Below the pieces are notes generated by a model, which saw only the letters and a list, made by a program, of their open reading frames with translations, was not told the origin of the DNA and made no database searches. A stretch of 64,000 bases of DNA from the human T2T-CHM13v2.0 reference genome, Homo sapiens: assembly GCF_009914755.1 (NCBI RefSeq), contig NC_060938.1; one strand, 5' to 3'. Position 1 is the stretch's first letter, and every line of letters starts with the position of its first letter. The position numbers and the translations under genes are program-made. This document shows positions 51,078 to 64,000 of the stretch, piece by piece.

Positions 51078-53019
51078 AATCATTCACCATTATCAAGTGG
51101 GATTTATTCCTGGGATGCACAAGGATGGTTCAACATAAGCAAATCAAGAACTGTGATATATCACATTAACAGAATGAAGGACAAAACTGTATGATCATCT
51201 CAATAGATGCAGAAAAAGCATTTGACAAAATTCAACATCCTTTTATGATTAAAGCTCTCAAAAAAATTAGGCACAGAAAGAATGCACCTCAACACATAAT
51301 AAAGGCCATATATAAAAAGCCCATACTAAGATCATACTCAGTAGTGAAGAGTTGAAAGCTTTCTCTCTAATATCAGAAATAATATGAGGATGTTCACTCA
51401 AACAATTTCTATTCAATATAGTCCTTGTCCAGAGCAATTACGCAAGAAAAAGAAAAGGCATCCAAATAGGAAAGGGAGAAGTGAAATTGTTTGTTAGCTT
51501 ATGACGTGATCTTATGCATAGAAAACCCTGAAGACTCCACCAAAAACTGTTGTAACTGATAAACAAATGCAGTAAAGTCTCAGGGTACAAAATCAATACA
51601 CAAAATTCAATAGTATTTCTTTAGTAACAACGAGCTATCTGAAAAGGAAATTAAGAAATCAGTCCCATACACAGTAGTATAAAAAAAAAAACAATAAATT
51701 TAATCAAGCAGGTGAAAGATCTGTGTACTAAAAACTATAAAACATTAAGGAATTAAAAGTTATACAAATAAATAGAGAAATATTCTGTGTTTATGGGTGG
51801 GAAGAATTAATATTATTAAAATGCTCACACCACTGAAAGTGATCTACAGAGTTAATGTAATGCCTGTCAAAACTGCAATGTCATTTTTCACAGATCTAGA
51901 AAAATAATCTTAAAGTATATATGGAACCACAAAAAACCCTGAGTAGCCAAAGCAGTTTTGAGCAAAAAACCAAAACTAGATGCATCACACTACCTGACAT
52001 CAAAACCTATTACAAAGCTATAGTTATCAAAGCAGCATGATATTGGAATAAAAAAAGACACATCCACCAATGAGCAGAATAGAAAGCCTAGAAATAAACT
52101 AATGCATTTACAGTCAATTGATTTTCAACATTGGTGCCAAGAATACACATGGAGAAAGGACAGTCTCTGCAATAAATTGTGGTGGAAACATTGGATATCC
52201 ACATTCAGAAAAATGAAATAGATCTCATGCCATATAAAAAACCAACTCAAAATGAATTAAAGACTTAAACATAAGATGTAAACTGTAAAATTACTAGAAG
52301 AAAACATGGAGAAAAGTCGATGACATGGCCTGAGAGATTTCTTCAGTATGACCTCAAAAGCACAGACAACAACAGCAAAGATAAACAAGTGAGATTACAT
52401 CAAACTAAAAAGCTTCTGCATAGCCAAGGAAACAGTTAATGGAGTGAAGAGATAATCCATAGATTGGGAGAAAACATTTGCAAATCAAACGTCTGATAAG
52501 GGGCTGATATCCAAAATATGTAAGGAACTCAACTCAATAGCAAGAAAACAACCCAATTGAAAAAAGCAGCGAAGGACCTAAATAGGCGTTTCACAAAAGA
52601 AGATACAAATGACCAACAGATATATGAAAAAACTCTTAGCATCATTGATTGTCAGGGAAATGAAAATCAAACCAAAGGGAGCTATCACCTCCCACCTGTT
52701 GGTATGGCTATTGCCAAAAAGATAAAAGGTAACAAGTGTTGGAGAGAATGTGGAGGAAAGGGTACCCTTCTACATTGTTGGTGGGAATGTAAATTAATAC
52801 AGCCATTAGGGAAAAAAGGTATGTTGGTTCCTCAAAAAACTAAAAATAGGATTACCATATGATTCAGCAATCTTATTTCTGGGTGTATATCCAAAGGAAT
52901 TGACATCAGTGTGTTGAAGAAATATCTGCACTCCCATGTTCATTGTAGCATTATTCATAATAGCTAAATATGAAAGCAACCTAAGTGTCCAACAACAGAT
53001 GAATGGATAAAGAAAATGT

Positions 53020-53074
<55 letters not shown>

Positions 53075-53575
53075 AAAATGGAGTATCATTCAGCCTTAAA
53101 AAAGAAGGGAATTCTGTCATTTGCAGCAACATGGATGAACCTGAAGGACATTATGCTAAGTGAAATAAGCCAGGCACAGAAAGACCAGTGCCACATGATC
53201 TCACTTATATATGGAATCTAAAAAAGTTGAATTCAAAGCAGTTGCGAATAGAATGGTGATTACCAAAGGTTGGAGGTGGTTGGGGAAATGGGAGCTGTTG
53301 ATTCAAGGATACAAAATTTTAGTTAGAGAGTAGGAAAAAGATGTAGTAATCTGTTGCATGGAATGGTGACTATAATTAATTACAATGCATTGTATATTTT
53401 GAAATGGCTTAAAGATTATATTTTAAATCTTCTCACCACAAAAAAATCGGTAAGTATGTGAGGTGATGGAATTTGCTTGATTTAATCATTCACAATGGAA
53501 ACATATCAAAATATCACATTGTACCACATAAATGCATACAATTATTGTCAACTAAAGCAAAATGTAATTTAAAAA
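51078..53575 (+). mobile_element. L1MA, 5'-truncated, with 3'UTR
   Basis: Degenerate RT through C-terminus and L1MA 3'UTR. Confidence 0.9.
53023..53070. repeat. (AC)24 microsatellite
   Basis: Perfect dinucleotide run inside L1MA. Confidence 0.97.
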
Positions 53576-54784
53576 TCCACAATGAAAAAAGCATTTGAGT
53601 ATGCATGTATTTAAAATATGTGCATGGGAAACTAACCTAAAATATTCAAACCAAATGACATTCTGAGAGGAATATTTGTATTACACAAGGTAGACAAAGA
53701 GTTATATAACTAGTATGCAGAGATATTTCATAAAATAATAAGAGGAACTACAGTCCATTAGGAAAATGGGTAAAGTATGAACAGATTATACATGTGCAGG
53801 CTCACACACATGTGCATGTACACACACAGCCAACGAACTAGGGAAAGATGCTAACTCTCAGTGCTGATGGCGATGGGGGAAATGGGCATTCCTAGACACT
53901 GTTAGTATAAGTGTAGAATGGTATAAGCCTTTGTGGGTAATGCCTTGGCATGTATTTTAAAATTTTTAATGTTTATATATTTTAACCTAGCCACCCAAGT
54001 TTTTGAAATCTATCACCTAGAAAGAAGAGGGAAACTCACTGCAGCACTGTTTATAAAAGCAAAAAATTAGAAGCAAGTTAAATACCTCTCAGTAAGTGAA
54101 AAGTGTATCCATAAAGTGGAACAGTATGCATATATTAGAAAAAGGAGGAAATAATAATGAAAATAATAAGTAAGATTTATTGAGTGCTTACTATGTTCTA
54201 GACACAATTGTAAGTGCTCTTTTGAGAATAGGTTTGAAAATAAGAACAAGATAATATATACATGATATATTATGTAAAAAATAAGGTTTCAGACCAATAT
54301 GAAAATAAATGCAAGTAAATAAATGTAAGTATAAATGTATTATTGTAAAGATCCAAATATTTATATTTTATATATTTCTACATATAGATATGTAAATATA
54401 GACATAGTTGTACAAATATAGGAAAAGTTGGGAAGACTACACTGTGAGGTCTTAACAATGATGGGTATTGGATTAGATGGGGGGAGGCTTTTATTTCCTA
54501 CTTAATTATAGAACCAAGGGATTGTGGGTAATTTTTACTTTTTTGTGTTTTTCAAATAAAAAAATAAATAAAAACATTTTGATGGTGATGGTGCAGGAAT
54601 AGTAGTGATTTGCTCCACCATGGTAAACATAGCTTGATCTATGAATGTGGTTGTTGACAGAAAATCTTGGAAGAAGAACACTTCTTTGATGACGTTGTCA
54701 GAGAGAAATGGATGTTCTCCTAAATGGGAAGCCTTAATTCTGTGTGTAATTTATAAGTAAGAATGCATTTGAATTTTTTTTCCT

Positions 54785-54896
54785 TTTTTAAAAACTTTTA
54801 TTTTAACTTCATAGGTACATGTGCAGGATGTGCAGATTTGTTACATAGGTAAATGCGTGTCATGGGGGTTTGTTACACAGATTATTTCATCACCCA
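54785..54896 (-). mobile_element. L1PA 3'-terminal fragment
   Basis: 'ggtacatgtgcaggatgtgcagatttgttacataggtaaa'. Confidence 0.8.
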
Positions 54897-55319
54897 AAAA
54901 TACACTTTAACAACAGACAATAATTATTTCCCTTATTGAGATTGGCAGCCACTAGGGAAAGGGAAATTTTGGTAGTTACGATTGGGAAGATGAAGGATAG
55001 AGAGGTATATTTTGAGAAAGAAAGTATAGATGGGGTAGCAGTTTGGATTATTGTGGTGTCACATGAGGACTCTTATCCCGGGGGTTGGATAAAGCAGGTA
55101 GAGGTAAATGCTTTTTGATTACTTTTGCATACCTGTCTTTGGTTCTGTTGGTTGTTTTGCCATGAAAGTAATTTAAAATTCTAGTTTAACGATGCCTAAG
55201 TTTGAGTATTAGGTCTGATTTGAAGGGATCAAACTTTATTATCAGTGCTTACTTAGCAGTTTAGCTTTATCCAGCCCAGGACTTCCTTAATGTTTCTCTG
55301 CTTTCCTTTCTTCCTTCAG

Positions 55320-55624
55320 AGCCATGGAGAAGAGGAGACAGAGTGTGCAAGGGAATGAAGAAAAGGAACAAGACTATTTTCAAATCACCCATGGCACTAC
55401 TAGAAAAGTATTTCAGCAAAAGGACTGGCTGATTTTATGATTCCTGTGTCCACCACAGCCCTCTAATTTTTACATAGGTACCCCACATCTCTCTAGATTT
55501 CAGGAAGACTATTATCCTTCGACTTTAGCTTTCTGATGGGTTCACAAAAAGCCATTAGTGTGCTGTTGGTCCAGCTTTTTTCTGTTGCAAATATGAGAGC
55601 TACAGTTCTGAGATGAAACCACAG
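55320..55624 (+). other. Candidate exon (strong acceptor and donor) containing a 38-aa sORF
   Basis: Branch-like cttaat, long pyrimidine tract, cag|; donor CAG|gtaagt; GCCATGG at 55321-55327. No expression evidence available. Confidence 0.3.
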
Positions 55625-56728
55625 GTAAGTGTTATGATTTTAAGTAACTGAATACTAAAGTGATGTAGGCGAACTAAATTAAGTACTAAAGAAAACTAGA
55701 CAGAAGTCTAAAAGATATACGATTAGAAATGATACAGCTCCCAGTATGAGCAACGCAGAAGACGGGTGATTTCTGCATTTCCATCTGAGGTACCAGGTTC
55801 ATCTCAGTAGGCAGTGCCAGACAGTGGGCACAGGACAGTGGGTGCAGGGCACCGTGTGCGAGCCAAAGCAGGGCGAGGCATAGCCTCCCTCTGGAAGCGC
55901 AAGGGGTCAGGGAGTTCCCTTTCCTAGTCAAAGAAAGGAGTGACAGACGACACCTGGGAAATCGAGTCACTCCCACCCTAATACTGCGCTTTTCCGAAGG
56001 GCTTAAAAAACGGCACACCAGGAGATTATATCCCGCACATGGCTTGGAGGGTCCTACGCCCACGGAGTCTCACTGATTGCTAGCACAGCAGTCTGAGATC
56101 AAACTGCAAGGTGGCAGTGAGGCTGGGGGAGGGGCGCCCGCCATTGCCCAGGCTTGCTTAGGTAAACAAAGCAGCCAGGAAGCTCCAACTGGGTGGAGCC
56201 CACCACAGCTCAAGGAGGCCTGCCTGCCTCTGTAGGCTCCACCTATAGGGGCAGGGCACAGACAAACAAAAAGACAGCAGTAACCTCTGCAGACTTAAAT
56301 GTCCCTGTCTGTCAGCTTTGAAGAGAACAGTGGTTCTCCCAGCACGCAGCTAGAGATCTGAGAATGGGCAGACTGCCTCCTCAAGTGGGTCCCTGACCCC
56401 TGACCCCCCAGCAGCCTAACTGGGAGGCATCCCCCCAGTAGGGGCAGACTGACACCTCACACGGCCAGGTACTCCTCTGAGACAAAACTTCCAGAGGAAC
56501 GATCAGACAGCAGCATTTGCGGTTCACGAAAATCCGGTGTTCTGCAGCCACCGCTGCTAGTACCCAGGCAAACAGGGTCTGGAGTGGACCTCTAGCAAAC
56601 TACAACAGACGTGCAGCTGATGGTCCTGTCTGTTAGAAGGCAAACTGACAAACAGAAAGGACATCCACACCAAAAACCCATTTGTACATCACCACCATCA
56701 AAGAGCAAAAGTAGATAAAACGACAAAG

Positions 56729-57741
56729 ATGGGGAAAAAACGGAGCAGAAAAACTGGAAACTCTAAAGAGCAGAGCGCCTCTCCTCCAAAGGAACCCAGC
56801 TCCTTACCAGCAATGGAACAAAGCTGGATGGAGAATGACTTTGACGAGTTGAGAGAAGAAGGCTTCAGACGATCAAACTACTCTGAGCTACAGGAGGAAA
56901 TTCAAACCAAAGACGAAGAAGTTGAAAACTTTGAAAAAAATTTAGACGAATGTATAACTAGAAGAACCAATACGGAGAAGTGCTTAAAGGAGGTGATGGA
57001 GCTGAAAGCCAAGGCTCGAGAACTACCTGAAGAATGCAGAAGCCTAAGGAGCCGATGCGATCAACTGGAAGAAAGGGTATCAGTGATGGAAGATGAAATG
57101 AATGAAATGAAGTGAGAAGGGAAATTTAGAGAAAAAAGAATAAAAAGAAAAGAACAAAGCCTCCAAGAAATATGGGACTATGTAAAAAGACCAAATCTAC
57201 ATCTGATTGGTGCACCTGAAAGTGACAGGGAGAATGGAACCAAGTTGGAAAACACTCTGCAGGATATTATCCAGGAGAACTTCCCCAATCTAGCAAGGCA
57301 GGCCAACATTCAGATTCAGGAAATACAGAGAACGCCACAAAGATACTCCTTGAGAAGAGCAACTCCAAGGCACATAATTATCAGATTCACCAAAGTTGAA
57401 ATGAAGGAAAAAATGTTAAGGCAGCTAGAGAGAAAGGTCGGGTTACCCACAAAGGGAAGCCTATCAGACTAACAGCGAATCTCTCGGCAGAAACTCTACA
57501 AGCCAGAAGAGAGTGCGGGCCAATATTCAACATTCTTAAAGAAAAGAATTTTCAAACCAGAATTTCATATCCAGCCAAACTAAGCTTCATAAGTGAAGGA
57601 GAAATAAAATACTTTACAAACAAGCAAATGCTGAGAGATTTTGTCACCACCAGGCTTGCCCTAAAAGAGCTCCTGAAGGAAGCACTAAACATGGAAAGGA
57701 ACAACCGGTACCAGCCACGGCAAAATCATGCCAAATTGTAA
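56729..57741 (+). pseudogene. L1 ORF1, interrupted
   Basis: MGKKRSRKTGNSK start; premature TGA at 57113-57115; frameshift near 57420. Confidence 0.95.
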
Positions 57742-57804
57742 AGACCATTGAGGCTAGGAAGAAACTGCATCAACTAACGAGCAAAATAACCAGCTAACAT
57801 CATA

Positions 57805-61632
<3,828 letters not shown>

Positions 61633-61829
61633 ACAATGAGAACACATGGACACAGGAAGGGGAACATCACACTCTGGGGACTGTTGTGGTGTTGGGGGAG
61701 GGGGGAGGGATAGCTTTAGGAGATACACCTAATGCTAAATGACGAGTTAATGGGTGCAGCACAGCAGCATGGCACATGTATACATATGTAACTAACCTGC
61801 ACATTGTGCACATGTACCCTAAAACTTCA

Positions 61830-62231
<402 letters not shown>

Positions 62232-62329
62232 TCAATATCTATGGAGCATTTACTAAGTACAACATACCTTATTAAATGATTTGCCTACCTTTTAAAATGG
62301 AATCTTTTCAGCAACCCTCTGAAGTTCTC

Positions 62330-62450
62330 TTATTATTTCCATTATGAGGAAACTGAAGCACAAAGTATTTGAGTGACTTGCCCAAGGTCATACAACTAAC
62401 AAATGTTGTAACTGAGACTCCAATACAGGAAATCTGATTTCATAGTGTGT
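62330..62450 (-). mobile_element. MIR SINE
   Basis: 'atgaggaaactgaagcaca...gtgacttgcccaaggtcatacaact'. Confidence 0.8.
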
Positions 62451-63636
62451 CTTTATTATATTAATAAAGTGAGGCTATCACTTTTTCAGATATTAAAAGG
62501 AATCCAATTGAACCAAGAAAGAACATGCTGTAAGAAATAGTTCAATAGCAGAAGATCCTTTAATAGTATGTGAAAGGAGAAATATTCTCATAGTGATGAA
62601 AAGAAGAAAAGAAAAGAAAAGGAAAACCTGTAGGATTTTAGAGCACCCTGACCATCTGACCCAGGCAGACACTTCTAAGAGCTGCATGGAACTGTATTTA
62701 AGATCGACAGGAATAAAACTGTCCATCTTATCTTACTTTTCTTTTACATACACTTAGACTTCTCTCTATTATTCATTGGCAACTCCAGCTCTTGAACTCC
62801 GAAAATTCCACCGATGCCATTTGAGCATTGAGAAAATATACTTTTCATTTTAAGTTACATCTTCCTACTGTTTGTAGATGTTACGTGTATTCCATTGCTA
62901 AGGAATCATTGTCTTTGCCTGAGGAAAAAGACAGTTTAAAAATAACTTGTGTTGTGATTAGAAAAGTCTTTGTATAAAGATACCTGAAAGAGAGAGAGTG
63001 CACAGGCACCTGTATAACACATGATGGGTGATAGTTTTCAACTGTGCTTGGCGGGGAAACATTTTGTTTTGTATAGAAATACAGTGTAGACAAGAAAAAA
63101 AGTGGTATGTTAATGTGAGGCATATTGGAATGTATTTAAGTATATCTGTTGTTAACAAACTGGATAAATCCACTAAATAGATAACATATGAAATTTACAG
63201 GCTGCAGGTGGCCATGGGTCCTCTTTTTCACCTGTTAGTGATGGTGGTGGAGGGGAAGGACGGCATAGGGGAGTAAGGGAAATAGTATTTCCACCAGGAG
63301 AATTTTGAAACTGACATGTAAGAAAATACTGTATTTTCTATTCATACCAGTTATGCTTCATACAGATATTGGGTGATTGTGAAGTTATTGTTTGTAAGTC
63401 CCTACTATGGTGTTGACTCTATACACTTTACCATATGCCCAGTGTGGGGTGTGTTTGGATGTCTTAGTGTGAGTCCAAGAATTCCAGGGAATTCAAGATA
63501 TTTTGCAGCATCATTCTTTATTTCAAAGTCTAGTCTAGACTTTTAAATATTTGAATATATTGGACTGTAAACAAAACAATATCTTGTTGAAAAGAACAAC
63601 CATCTCCATGCAACCTGAATGGATGGAAGCAGTATT

Positions 63637-63690
63637 ATCTTTAGTCGAAATCTGAAACAAAATCTTTAGTCCAAATCTGAAACAAAATCT
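63637..63690. repeat. 25-bp tandem duplication
   Basis: atctttagtc(g/c)aaatctgaaacaaa x2 plus atct. Confidence 0.92.
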
Positions 63691-64000
63691 GCTTCACCAA
63701 ACTTTCTTGCAGACAAGCAGACTGCTTTGTTTGAAAATGTGGGATTGGAAAATCTGGTTGGAAGTTTTACCTTAAAATTTTTTCTTCCTATGGGGAGGGC
63801 ATGGGCTCTCCGGTAACTCTTTGTTCTGGCAGCAGGAGGAAGGACATGGCGCTGGTGTCCCGGCTGGAGGAGCCAAGGGTTACCCGGTACCTTTTATTTT
63901 CACATTAAAACACTATAGAGAAAAGGATCTGGCTCTCCACCTTTTAATATTGCTCAGTCATTTCTTTATACTTTGTGCTTCAGTGAGCACAGTATGTGGT

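Noticed and set aside
55686-56144. Intact L1 ORF0 in the plus-strand L1
   Set aside because: A CGA>TGA stop occurs after 24 codons

Overview
Primate (most likely human/great-ape) genomic DNA, AT-rich and dominated by interspersed repeats: two near-full-length young L1s arranged head-to-head (L1PA4-like, minus, 33.3-39.5 kb; L1PA3-like, plus, 55.7-61.9 kb), several truncated L1PA/L1M copies, about 14 Alus, ERV1, MaLR and ERVL solo LTRs, L2/MIR relics and DNA-transposon MITEs. I found no intact protein-coding gene, RNA gene or CRISPR array; all long ORFs in the track are broken L1 ORF1/ORF2 pieces, their antisense shadows, or Alu/LTR noise. I cannot support a wholly new biological system. The strongest observation is a 320-bp tract with only one mismatch shared by the two inverted L1s of different subfamilies. 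It carries three shared non-consensus transversions, one turning the RT catalytic FADD into FAED, while each element appears to keep its own TSDs; this points to ectopic gene conversion across about 24 kb. Other notable items are an L1 whose poly(A) tail starts at the ORF2 stop, a TSD-less internal L1 fragment with a templated junction, a 66-bp local copy of an LTR segment, and a candidate exon with a Kozak-flanked 38-aa sORF. Repeat subfamily names come from recalled consensus features and need RepeatMasker/Dfam confirmation; boundaries of old repeats are approximate.
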